DNA of 64,000 nucleotides from a bacterium (GTDB taxonomy: Bacteria > Patescibacteriota > Minisyncoccia > Phycocordibacterales > UBA2100), in contig JAUSGQ010000029.1 in assembly GCA_030674455.1 (NCBI GenBank), forward strand, positions 6,625 to 70,624, read 5' to 3'. A program made the translations under genes and the position numbers. Positions 20,601 to 28,780 of this stretch are shown here, in pieces. The first letter of the stretch is position 1. Every line of letters starts with the position of its first letter. Under the pieces are notes generated by a model. It had not been told where the DNA came from. It was given only the letters and a program-made list of their open reading frames with translations, and ran no database searches.

Positions 20601-20776
20601 CCGTACGCGCCGGACACGAGAAAGAGTTCGAGAACATCGTACGCAAACTTCCATTCGTGAAAATAGGCACAACGACGGATAATTCAAATCTCACGCTTTC
20701 CATCGGGCGTCAATATGCCGATATATCGGTATATGAGCTTACGCAGGCTTATAAATCATTTTTTAAGAATTGGTAA
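17696..20776 (+). CDS. purL: Phosphoribosylformylglycinamidine synthase subunit PurL (with N-terminal PurS-like domains)
   Basis: AQTWSEHCKH, KVETHNSPSALDPFGG, GADGIHGATFSS, DNGAGG, SESQERM, FISGKDS. Confidence 0.95.
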   Translation: MTHRISVTSNIPDSRAQNYLRTLRELFPKSGLSAASLLQVYTIDADLSASELREAAERLTNPITERFSTTQIPAPDSYSCAIEIGFLAGVTDNVGHTARQTIEDCIGREFAEGESVYSSYILFLTGEITSEIAQSMARELYNPLIERATVFSGVQKDFPIVVPKVKLASSEASVAEVNLNVDAAELEKLGKEGIKDSSGVRRGPLSLSLKQLQVIQNHFSKRKRNPTDIELESLAQTWSEHCKHTIFADPLDEIKEGIYRKYIKGATGKIRKEKAKKPVRGTASNGPGDFCVSVFTDNSGAIAFDDRYLVTHKVETHNSPSALDPFGGSVTAIVGVNRDTLGFGLGAKPIVNVYGFCVADPNDTTALYRYSERKQPLLPARRILEGVVRGINAGGNQSGIPTALGFLAVDPSYRGKPLIYGGTIGLIPRKSPSGSRGRPRKLYEKRAQAGDYIVMVGGRVGADGIHGATFSSESLSSGSPATAVQIGDPITQKKLSDAIIREARDAGLYSSITDNGAGGLSGAVGEMAKESGGPSPRRSGLRPREGGCIVDLSTVPLKYPGLAPWQIWLSESQERMTLAVPKKNWTALKKIFDRHNVEATRIGTFTNSGRCIVKFGKEKVMDMEMSFLHDGRPIEVQKSKKPARVNSEPPAAARSSDLSESLLKMLARPNIGSISFISEQYDHEVQGSSVTKPLEGKGRVNADSAVLQPLPDTNRGIVLAHGYCPWYSGIDTYAMAAASIDTAIRNAVCAGASRDYLAILDNFCWSSSNTPERLYELKESARACFDIATAYGTPFISGKDSMFNDFRGFTEDGKKIQISAQPTLLISALGVIPDVTKAMTIDFKQAGDLIYLVGETNDELGASEYFAMLGEEKGNLVPIVDAKKNARIYDALSRAISGKGHTHILENVRMFGCVASAISLGRGGLGVALAKSCVAGQLGASVNLKNIPGDAKQDDSILFSESQGRVLVSVRAGHEKEFENIVRKLPFVKIGTTTDNSNLTLSIGRQYADISVYELTQAYKSFFKNW

Positions 20777-20778
20777 TT

Positions 20779-21303
20779 ATGTTTTCGCAGGAAAATGAGT
20801 CTAATAAAGAGCGCGTTATACCAGACCTGGTTGTTCAAACAGCAGCTTCTCCTGGAGAAAGTTATAAGATATGTGCAGATTTTATAGAAAAGATGCGCAC
20901 AAGATATCCAAAAAGAAATTATCTATTGAAAGGAATCATAGACAATCTCGACCCAGATAAACATCCGAGGACGCCGATTTCATATTTCGGTAAAGTTAAA
21001 GAAGAAATCGTGGGAATAATTGTAGGAGAAAAAGAAGGCGATGTGTTTAATGGTTATATTTTCCTTGTAGATCAGAAATATCAAAACACAAATGTTGCCG
21101 TGTCTCTTATGAGATCCCTTCAAGCAGACGAATCTACCATTAAACTGGTGCCAGCTCCTATTGGCATGCGTAAATATACCTCTCCAGAACAAAGAGAACA
21201 TCTAACACGCGCTCTCGAGCGATATTACAAGAGATTTGGATTCGTTCCTTCATCAAATCATACAATGGTTTGGCACAGAGGAAATCCGAAGAAAAACGTA
21301 TGA
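20779..21303 (+). CDS. Hypothetical GNAT-like protein inserted between purL and purQ
   Basis: VDQKYQNTNVAVSLM and RYYKRFGF resemble GNAT motifs A/B; AT-rich. Confidence 0.5.
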   Translation: MFSQENESNKERVIPDLVVQTAASPGESYKICADFIEKMRTRYPKRNYLLKGIIDNLDPDKHPRTPISYFGKVKEEIVGIIVGEKEGDVFNGYIFLVDQKYQNTNVAVSLMRSLQADESTIKLVPAPIGMRKYTSPEQREHLTRALERYYKRFGFVPSSNHTMVWHRGNPKKNV

Positions 21304-22100
21304 AGAAACCTCAAGTCATAATATTTTCCGGTTACGGACTGAATACGGAGGACGAAACGAAAACCGCTTTTGAGATGGCGGGTGCTACTGCTGATATCGT
21401 GCACATCAACGACATCATCGCTCGCCCGGCAATTTTGAAGAAAGCACAAATTATTGTTTTTCCGGGAGGATTTTCTTATGGCGATGACACCGGCTCGGGC
21501 AAGGCGTATGGCAATCGCTTGAAACATCACCTCGGCAAAGAACTCGAGGAGTTCCTTTCGCGCGACACGCTTATGCTCGGTATTTGCAACGGATTTCAAA
21601 TAATTACGAGCGCGGGCATTTTACCGGGGGCGCTGATCGCCAACGACCCGACTCCGCAAGACGGAGGACGGGCAGGTTCTGCGCGCTACATTTGCAGATG
21701 GGTGGACCTCGAAATAAAAGGAGAAAGCCCGTGGCTCAAAGGAATCAAGACTATTTCAGTTCCTATCGCGCATGGGGAGGGAAAATATTATGTGCCAAAA
21801 GAAACACTCGAAAAGATAAAAAGCGAGGGGGCGATAGCGTTACAGTACTTTGGAGGTGAAACCTCCAAGCACCTAAATCTCCCGGCGAATCCGAACGGCT
21901 CGCTGGAAAATATTGCAGGCATCACCGGCTATGGAGGCCGCGTCTTAGGGCTCATGCCGCATCCCGAGCGCGCGGTTAGGTTCACACAGCTTCCGCACTG
22001 GACATATCTTCGCGAATCATATATACGCCAAGGGGCGCCCTTGCCACAGGAGGGGCCAGGACTGCAAATCTTCAAGAATGCGGTGCGATATTTCGATTAG
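21300..22100 (+). CDS. purQ: FGAM synthase glutaminase subunit
   Basis: PGGFSYGD, LGICNGFQI, PIAHGEG, NPNGS, GLMPHPER. Confidence 0.95.
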   Translation: MKKPQVIIFSGYGLNTEDETKTAFEMAGATADIVHINDIIARPAILKKAQIIVFPGGFSYGDDTGSGKAYGNRLKHHLGKELEEFLSRDTLMLGICNGFQIITSAGILPGALIANDPTPQDGGRAGSARYICRWVDLEIKGESPWLKGIKTISVPIAHGEGKYYVPKETLEKIKSEGAIALQYFGGETSKHLNLPANPNGSLENIAGITGYGGRVLGLMPHPERAVRFTQLPHWTYLRESYIRQGAPLPQEGPGLQIFKNAVRYFD

Positions 22101-22239
22101 TTTCAATTTGTGTAAGGAAAAAGCGTGATAGAGTTCTAAAGGATTATAGGATTACATGAAGTGTTCCCTAGGCCGCAAGCCTAACGGAATGGGCCAGAAA
22201 GCCCCATGATCCTTATGGTCCTTGATAAAGGAGATCGCA

Positions 22240-22893
22240 GTGAACAAGAGTGACAAATATTTAGTGAACAAAGTTCCGAAACAGATGCGTGAATCCTGGG
22301 AGCGCAATAACCCGGGAGTTCCCGTGCTTGAAGCGCTCCGGCTGGCAAGATATTGTGTCAGGGTGTATCAGTCAGCAATGACGGCCCTTTTTGTGGGCCT
22401 AATCGTCTCGTTTTGGACTTTCTATAATGCGAACGAAATATTCTTCATCCTCGCGTTTTACATGTGTACTCTTCCGTTGGCCGTAATTTTTTTGGTTCTC
22501 GGGATGGAGGTGCCGCAGGAGCCCTACGAGGCACGGATAGAGAAATTCTTGAAGGATCTGCAACAACTCGGCGAAACCCTCGTTTCGTTAATCGCAGAAG
22601 GTTGTGATCGAGAACGTGCAATAGCTTTGGCGGTAACAAGCCAGGCGGCAACTGCAGTTACGGTGCTTGACGCCGAATCTGCAGTAAAGGCAGTGGCAGA
22701 CTGTCTTCTGCGATGCGAGAAAGGCGGCACAATTGATGCGCTTGGCGCCGCGTGTACGCAGTATCAATCATTAAAAAAAGAACACAGGTCACTGTGTTCG
22801 GCTGCACTGCAGTTCGGATTGACGGACGGTAGTGAAGGCCCGTCATTCGCCGTCGCGGAGAAGCTAATAGCATCACGGCCACCAATGCAATAG
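22240..22893 (+). CDS. Orphan two-TM membrane protein with its own structured leader and terminator
   Basis: SD aaggag before the GTG at 22240; two hydrophobic helices; hairpin plus T-tract at 22894-22947. Confidence 0.6.
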   Translation: MNKSDKYLVNKVPKQMRESWERNNPGVPVLEALRLARYCVRVYQSAMTALFVGLIVSFWTFYNANEIFFILAFYMCTLPLAVIFLVLGMEVPQEPYEARIEKFLKDLQQLGETLVSLIAEGCDRERAIALAVTSQAATAVTVLDAESAVKAVADCLLRCEKGGTIDALGAACTQYQSLKKEHRSLCSAALQFGLTDGSEGPSFAVAEKLIASRPPMQ

Positions 22894-23011
22894 GCCGCTC
22901 GTAGGACGATGACGCCGCTCATCGCATCACGAGCGGCTTCATCTTTTACGACTAAATTGACTTATTAATTGGACGTTGAGAACTTCACTCTTTTAATGCT
23001 AAAATGCATTC

Positions 23012-23539
23012 ATGAATTCTGCTACTGGCTCACCTCTCGTCGGAATCATCATGGGCTCGGATTCGGATTTGCCAGTGATGAAAGACGCGGCGGAGATTCT
23101 CAAGGAATTTGGACTCGAAAGCGAAGTGAAGGTTCTCTCTGCTCATCGAACGCCTGACCAAGCTATTGAATACGCCAAGACTGCAGAGACAAACGGACTC
23201 AAAGTAATTATTGCTGGCGCCGGAGGCGCCGCACACTTGGCGGGAGTTACGGCGGGGAACACGGTTCTTCCCGTTATCGGTGTTCCGATTTCCACTAAAG
23301 CGCTCAAAGGCATAGATTCGCTCCTTTCGACTGCGCAGATGCCGCCTGGAGTTCCCGTTGCGACCGTAGCTATCAATGGCGCAAAGAATGCCGGCATCCT
23401 CGCGGCGCAAATTATCGCGGAAGGGAATCCGGAACTGCGGGAGAAATTGCGCTCATACAAAAAGAAAATGGAAAAGGACGTATTGGCAAAAACGGAAAAG
23501 TTGGCAGACATAGGATACGAAGCGTATCTCAATCAATGA
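23012..23539 (+). CDS. purE: N5-CAIR mutase
   Basis: [41 protein letters not shown]. Confidence 0.97.
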   Translation: MNSATGSPLVGIIMGSDSDLPVMKDAAEILKEFGLESEVKVLSAHRTPDQAIEYAKTAETNGLKVIIAGAGGAAHLAGVTAGNTVLPVIGVPISTKALKGIDSLLSTAQMPPGVPVATVAINGAKNAGILAAQIIAEGNPELREKLRSYKKKMEKDVLAKTEKLADIGYEAYLNQ

Positions 23540-24669
23540 ACATGACTGCCAATGCCTATGCAATCTCCGGTGTTGATGTAGATATAGAAGCCGAAGCATC
23601 GCGCATAATGTACGAGGCCTCAAAGCAGACGTTCGCGAATCGCGACGGGCGCATCGGGGCTGTCGTCACGCCATTCGATGATTTCGCCGGATTGAAAATG
23701 GTTTCTGTCGAAAATCTACCGCGCGGCAGTTTTATGTCGGTGGGTTTTGATACGGCGGGAACAAAAGTAGAAATCGCGCAGAGAGTAGGGAAGCACGACA
23801 CTATCGCGTTCGACCTGCTTGCGATGGTGTGCGACGACGCGATTTTGCGTGGGGGCGAGCCCATCCTAGTCGGGACGAATCTGGATATAAAGAGTCTGGG
23901 CAGTGATGAGAAATACCTGCCAATTATCCGCGAGCTCGCTGTCGGATATGTCAACGCTGCTCGTGAGGCAAATGTCGCCATCATCAACGGCGAGATTGCC
24001 CAAATGGGTTCGCTCGTGCATGGGTGGGGAGATTTTCCGTATCACTGGGGCGCGGCCTGCGTGTGGGTGGCGCGTAAAGAAAAGTTATTTACCGGCGAAG
24101 AAATAAAAAAGGGTGATTCAGTCGTCGTTCTTCGCGAGAATGGTTTTCGCAACAATGGATTTTCTCTGATCAGAAGAATATTCGAGGAAGCGCACGGCGC
24201 AGAGTGGCATACCATTAAGCACGGGGCTTCAACATTAGGATTGCTCGCGCTCACTCCGTCGAAGATTTACTCGCGATTTGTTGTCGGATTGCACGGAGGA
24301 TTTGAATCGGAAGGTTCGTGCAAGATTCACGGTGTGGCGCACATTACCGGCGGCGGCATTCCCGAGAAGCTTGGGCGCGTACTACGCAGAAGCAAGCTCG
24401 GCGCAAACCTGTCTAATCTATTTGAACCCGCGGAGATAGTTTCTCACTGCCAAAAGCTTGGAAATATTCCAGACATGGATGCGTACCGCGCTTGGAACAT
24501 GGGGCAGGGGATGGCGCTCGTTACGCCGGAGCCCGACAAAGTGCTTGCGGAGGCAAAATCAGCTGGAATTGATGCACAGATAGCGGGTGAAATAACGGGC
24601 GAACCGCAGGTTATAATCGAAAGCAAAGGGGTCGAGAACCCTGGACAAAGATTAGTATTTGATGTATAA
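23536..24669 (+). CDS. purM: AIR synthase (divergent)
   Basis: [47 protein letters not shown]. Confidence 0.9.
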   Translation: MNMTANAYAISGVDVDIEAEASRIMYEASKQTFANRDGRIGAVVTPFDDFAGLKMVSVENLPRGSFMSVGFDTAGTKVEIAQRVGKHDTIAFDLLAMVCDDAILRGGEPILVGTNLDIKSLGSDEKYLPIIRELAVGYVNAAREANVAIINGEIAQMGSLVHGWGDFPYHWGAACVWVARKEKLFTGEEIKKGDSVVVLRENGFRNNGFSLIRRIFEEAHGAEWHTIKHGASTLGLLALTPSKIYSRFVVGLHGGFESEGSCKIHGVAHITGGGIPEKLGRVLRRSKLGANLSNLFEPAEIVSHCQKLGNIPDMDAYRAWNMGQGMALVTPEPDKVLAEAKSAGIDAQIAGEITGEPQVIIESKGVENPGQRLVFDV

Positions 24670-24675
24670 TTATAT

Positions 24676-25647
24676 ATGACTGAAGTTCTCAAAGAAACCA
24701 ACTTTTCCAACCTCGGTGAAAAGAAAACGGGCAAAGTCCGCGACATTTACATACAACCCGAGCGATTGGTGCTCGTGACGACCGACAGACATTCTTCGTT
24801 CGACCGCATCATCGCTCACATCCCGCACAAGGGCCAAGTGCTGAATCAAATCAGCGCTTTTTGGTTTGAGCAGACAAAAGATATTATTCCCAACCACGTA
24901 CTCGCGATTCCGGACCCCAACGTGACCATCGGTAAGAAATGCACGATGGTTCCCGTTGAAGCTGTTGTGCGCGGATATGTCACAGGCGTTACCGGTACAT
25001 CCATTTGGACACGGTACTCAAAAGGAAAACGGGATTTTGGCGATATTGTCTTGCCGGACGGATTGAAGAAAAATCAGAAATTGCCTCACCCGATATTTGA
25101 CCCGACGACAAAAGAAGATACGCACGACAGGACGCTTTCGCTTAAAGAAATGGTCTCAGAAGGATTGGTTACAGCGGAAATCTTGGAGCAGATACAAAAA
25201 ACGGCTCTCGCATTGTTTGCGCGAGGAGAAGAAATCGCAAAATCACGCGGACTTATTCTTGTGGATACGAAGTACGAATTTGGTTTAGACAAGTCTGACT
25301 TGTCGGAATCCGACAAGTCAGACTTGTCTAAAGGGCGATTGGTGTTGATTGACGAAATTCATACGCCCGACTCCTCGCGCTATTGGCAAGCGGATTCCTA
25401 CGAAGAGCGATTTTCAAAAGGCGAAGAGCCCCAGTATTTTGATAAGGAATTTTTACGCCTGTGGTTCAGGGAGCATTGCGACCCCTACAAGGACGCGACA
25501 CTTCCGGAGGCGCCTAAAGAGCTCGTGCAGGAGCTTTCGCGACGCTACATCCAAATGTTCGAGCAGATTACGGGAAAGAAATTCGTACCAGGCGAAGAGC
25601 CGATAATTCCGCGCATGGAGAAGAATTTATCAGCGTATAGCGTCTAG
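24676..25647 (+). CDS. purC: SAICAR synthetase with palindromic insertion
   Basis: GKVRDIY, TDRHSSFD, EAVVRGY, DTKYEFG...LIDEIHTPDSSRYW, DKEFLR. Confidence 0.95.
   Translation: MTEVLKETNFSNLGEKKTGKVRDIYIQPERLVLVTTDRHSSFDRIIAHIPHKGQVLNQISAFWFEQTKDIIPNHVLAIPDPNVTIGKKCTMVPVEAVVRGYVTGVTGTSIWTRYSKGKRDFGDIVLPDGLKKNQKLPHPIFDPTTKEDTHDRTLSLKEMVSEGLVTAEILEQIQKTALALFARGEEIAKSRGLILVDTKYEFGLDKSDLSESDKSDLSKGRLVLIDEIHTPDSSRYWQADSYEERFSKGEEPQYFDKEFLRLWFREHCDPYKDATLPEAPKELVQELSRRYIQMFEQITGKKFVPGEEPIIPRMEKNLSAYSV
25284..25332. repeat. 49-bp inverted REP pair (REPIN-like) inside purC
   Basis: tttagacaagtctgacttgtcgga-a-tccgacaagtcagacttgtctaaa with perfect 24-bp arms. Confidence 0.95.
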
Positions 25648-25665
25648 CTTCTAGCGTCTAGAAAT

Positions 25666-27132
25666 ATGACTCAATCAGAAAATGCAAAGAACTACCAGCT
25701 GACCGCGATTAGTTCTGTTGACGGACGTTATCGAGATTTACTTGAACAGTTTGGGGAACGGTTCAGTGAATTTGCCCTCATCCGCGCGCGCATCCGTGTT
25801 GAGTGCGAATATCTTTTGGCGCTTTCAGAAGAAAAAGAATTGGGAATCAGGAAATTATCCGCAGAAGAGAAAGAGATTCTTGTAGGACTTTTTCGCATAT
25901 CGATTGAAGACGCGCGAATCGTGAAAGCAATCGAGAAAGACGGCTACGAAGGAATTCCGGCTACGAATCATGACGTGAAGGCAGTTGAGTACTTCATTAA
26001 GAAAAAGCTCGCAAAAACATCTCTCGCGGATGTTTCTGAATATGTGCATTTCGCGCTTACGTCGGAAGATGTAAATAATTTTGCGTACGCACTTCTTCTT
26101 GCCGACGTTCTGGACATGGAGATAATTCCTGCGATTGATGCCGTTAGGAGCAACCTGAATGACATGTCTTCGAAATACGCCGCAACGCCGATGCTTGCGC
26201 GGACGCATGGCCAACCGGCTTCACCCACGACTTTCGGAAAGGAAATGCGTGTGTTTGAGTCTCGCATTGCCCGCCAGCTTCAGAAACTCAAGTCGAGTAG
26301 TATTCTGGTAAAATTTGCCGGCGCGACAGGGAATTACAACGCACATGTTGTTTCAGCTCCTAAAGTGGATTGGCAAATTTTCAGCGAGAAATTTATAGAA
26401 CGGTTCAATGCGTCCGGCCCACAAGGTGCGACCTTGGGGAATTCTAAAGGTCGCACCTTAAAGGCCGGTATACGGCTCGAACTGAACAAAGCCACAACTC
26501 AAATAGAGCCTCACGACACCTATGTGGAACTTTTCGACACAGTTCGGCTCATCAACACGATACTCACAGGATTTTCGCAGGACATGTGGCGATACATTAG
26601 CGACGGATGGATTACTCAAAAGCCGAAGGCCGGAGAAATCGGTTCTTCGGCGATGCCGCACAAAGTTAATCCGATTGATTTTGAGAATGCGGAAGGGAAT
26701 TTGGGAATTGCGAATTCCCTCTTTGAACATTTTTCTCGAAAGCTACCTATCTCTCGATTACAGCGCGACCTCTCTGATTCTACGGTAGAGCGCACGTTCG
26801 GAACCGCGTTCGCCCACTCTCTTATCGGTTATAAATCGCTCCTAAAAGGGCTCGGCAAGGTCAGCGTAAACGAAAAGGCGATGCTTGAAGACCTGCAAGG
26901 GCACCCGGAAGTTCTTGCGGAAGCATTTCAGACCGTTCTGCGACGCGAGGGCGTGGAGGTTCCATACGAGAAACTAAAAGACCTCACGCGCGGGAAACAA
27001 GTAACGCTAGATGATTTCGCGAAATTTATCGACGGATTATCGGTAGACGAGAAAGTAAAGAAGAATCTAAAAGCATTAAGGCCTGAAAACTACATAGGCC
27101 TTGCCGAGAAGATAGCGAAAGGGAAGAAGTAA
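25666..27132 (+). CDS. purB: Adenylosuccinate lyase with palindromic insertion
   Basis: DGRY, TNHDVKAVEY, HFALTSEDVNN, RTHGQPASPT, GSSAMPHKVNPIDFEN, SRLQRDLSDST. Confidence 0.97.
   Translation: MTQSENAKNYQLTAISSVDGRYRDLLEQFGERFSEFALIRARIRVECEYLLALSEEKELGIRKLSAEEKEILVGLFRISIEDARIVKAIEKDGYEGIPATNHDVKAVEYFIKKKLAKTSLADVSEYVHFALTSEDVNNFAYALLLADVLDMEIIPAIDAVRSNLNDMSSKYAATPMLARTHGQPASPTTFGKEMRVFESRIARQLQKLKSSSILVKFAGATGNYNAHVVSAPKVDWQIFSEKFIERFNASGPQGATLGNSKGRTLKAGIRLELNKATTQIEPHDTYVELFDTVRLINTILTGFSQDMWRYISDGWITQKPKAGEIGSSAMPHKVNPIDFENAEGNLGIANSLFEHFSRKLPISRLQRDLSDSTVERTFGTAFAHSLIGYKSLLKGLGKVSVNEKAMLEDLQGHPEVLAEAFQTVLRREGVEVPYEKLKDLTRGKQVTLDDFAKFIDGLSVDEKVKKNLKALRPENYIGLAEKIAKGKK
26414..26468. repeat. 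AAGG-N5-CCTT REP pair inside purB
   Basis: caagg-tgcga-ccttg ... aagg-tcgca-cctt bounded by ccggcc/ggccgg; same pair at 38823-38866. Confidence 0.9.
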
Positions 27133-27158
27133 CGTCCACCAGTTGCAATTTGAGACAT

Positions 27159-27194
27159 ATCTACTTGCTTATTCGCGCGAATAAGCAAGTAGAT
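27159..27194. repeat. 36-bp perfect palindrome upstream of ArsR1
   Basis: atctacttgcttattcgc|gcgaataagcaagtagat; followed by -10 TACAAT. Confidence 0.95.
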
Positions 27195-27208
27195 GATACA
27201 ATGAGCAG

Positions 27209-27475
27209 ATGCATGAAATAGAATTGGAACGGCAGCTCAAAGTGCTAGGCAACAGACGGAGGCTTGCTATCCTGAATCTTTTGCGCAAGCGAAAGGATGT
27301 AAACGTAAGCGATATAGCAGACGCCATCAAGCTTTCACTTACATCAACATCGAGGCACTTGATTATGCTTGAGCGAATGGGGTTCGTCGAAAAGGAACAA
27401 AAAAGTCTTAACGTGTACTATCGAATCACTTCTACTCCAGCAGATACGTTGCGTGATGTGCTTAAACTGCTCTAG
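27209..27475 (+). CDS. ArsR/SmtB-like winged-helix protein (ArsR1)
   Basis: LKVLGNRRRLAIL, VSDIA..IKLS...TSRHL..L...G.V, VYY. Confidence 0.85.
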   Translation: MHEIELERQLKVLGNRRRLAILNLLRKRKDVNVSDIADAIKLSLTSTSRHLIMLERMGFVEKEQKSLNVYYRITSTPADTLRDVLKLL

Positions 27476-27502
27476 CGATGCCCCACGTGTGAATTTCGAT
27501 GT

Positions 27503-27540
27503 TCAATACTTGCTTATTCGCGCGAATAAGCAAGTATTGA
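27503..27540. repeat. 38-bp perfect palindrome downstream of ArsR1
   Basis: tcaatacttgcttattcgc|gcgaataagcaagtattga. Confidence 0.95.
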
Positions 27541-27600
27541 GAATATGAAGAAGAAGGAATGATGAATAAAAGTGATGAAGAAAACAGACTTTCAGTTAAT

Positions 27601-28377
27601 TTATTGCCGGAGGCCTAAGCCCGTGCGGATGAAGTACCAGTTTACGGCTATGAGAATCGCGGTGAGCGCTCCTAAGACGCCGAGACTGGTCATTAGAGAT
27701 ACGTCTGATACGCCCATAAAACCATCGCGGAAGCCGTTTACCATGTAGAAAATGGGGTTTGCAAAAGTCAATTTCTGCCAAAGCGGCGGGAGCGCTAGCG
27801 CCGAATAGAAAACGCCGCCGAGATACACAAGCGGAGTCAAAACGAATGTCGGTACGATGGTGATTCCGTCAAAACTTTTTGCATAGATGCCGTTTACAAG
27901 CCCGGCCAGGGAAAATAACATGCTGGAAAGAATTAAGAATATGAGAATTGTAAACGGTTGCGTTAGAGGCAATGAGGTGAAAAAGGCAGAAATAATTATG
28001 ACCAAAATTCCTATCGTTATTCCGCGCACCATGCCGCCGGCGACATATCCCGCGATTATGACCCACACGGGTGTCGGCGAGACGAGTATTTCATCGATGT
28101 TGCGTGAGAAGAATTTGGCCTGAAAGAAAGTCGTTGCCACGTTTGAAAATGAGTTGGTGACGACCGCGAGCATCACGAGCCCGGGGACAACGAACGTGAT
28201 ATACGGGTATCCGCCGATTTCTCCGATGCGGCCTCCGAGAACTTTTCCGAATACGAGAAAGTAGAGAACTGAAGTGATTATGGACGGCAAGAATGTTTGC
28301 GGCCAAATGCGGAATATGCGAACAACGTCTTTTCGGACGATGGTGTAAAACGATGTGAGCATTTGAGAAGGAGTCAT
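27601..28377 (-). CDS. ABC-2 type permease (YadH-like)
   Basis: RIWPQTFLP, FVVPGLVM, VLTPLVYLGGVFYS, NPIFYMVNGFR. Confidence 0.9.
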   Translation of the reverse strand: MTPSQMLTSFYTIVRKDVVRIFRIWPQTFLPSIITSVLYFLVFGKVLGGRIGEIGGYPYITFVVPGLVMLAVVTNSFSNVATTFFQAKFFSRNIDEILVSPTPVWVIIAGYVAGGMVRGITIGILVIIISAFFTSLPLTQPFTILIFLILSSMLFSLAGLVNGIYAKSFDGITIVPTFVLTPLVYLGGVFYSALALPPLWQKLTFANPIFYMVNGFRDGFMGVSDVSLMTSLGVLGALTAILIAVNWYFIRTGLGLRQ

Positions 28378-28409
28378 AGCGTATAGCGTTTAGCGATTAG
28401 CGTTTAGTT
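28377..28409. repeat. Heptamer array (TAGCGTW)n at the 3' side of the four-helix gene; inverted array at 28760-28790
   Basis: tagcgta tagcgtt tagcgat tagcgtt / tccgcta ttcgctg aacgcta atcgctg; solo array at 25631-25661. Confidence 0.8.
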
Positions 28410-28755
28410 CTAATTTCTTAATCATGACTGACAGCATCTTCTGAACTTCTGTTAACAAATTCTTCGCCTTATCATAGTTAATACGCTTGTGTGCAGATTC
28501 CGCGATCAGAATTTGCGTTTCTAGCTCGGCGGCTGAACCATCGGCTATGCGCAAAAAGTGCAGGAAATCTTTTTTTGTGTTCCGTCGATGGCCCTCTGCA
28601 ATATTTGATGGGATTGAAACAGCCGCCCGGCACATCTGACTCTGGAGCCCAAATAATTCGCGCGGTGGAAATTCGCTTGTTCTAGCGTATACCTCTTTTG
28701 CAAGCTCTACAGCCTTTTGCCAGACAATCAGTTCTTTGAACGATGTGATGTACAT
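28390..28755 (-). CDS. Four-helix-bundle protein (23S rRNA IVP / Avd-like family)
   Basis: FKELIVWQKA, FP..ELFGL.SQM.RAAVSIPSNIAEG, FL.IA.GSAAELETQ. Confidence 0.92.
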   Translation of the reverse strand: MYITSFKELIVWQKAVELAKEVYARTSEFPPRELFGLQSQMCRAAVSIPSNIAEGHRRNTKKDFLHFLRIADGSAAELETQILIAESAHKRINYDKAKNLLTEVQKMLSVMIKKLELNANR

Positions 28756-28780
28756 ATTTCTATCCGCTATTCGCTGAACG

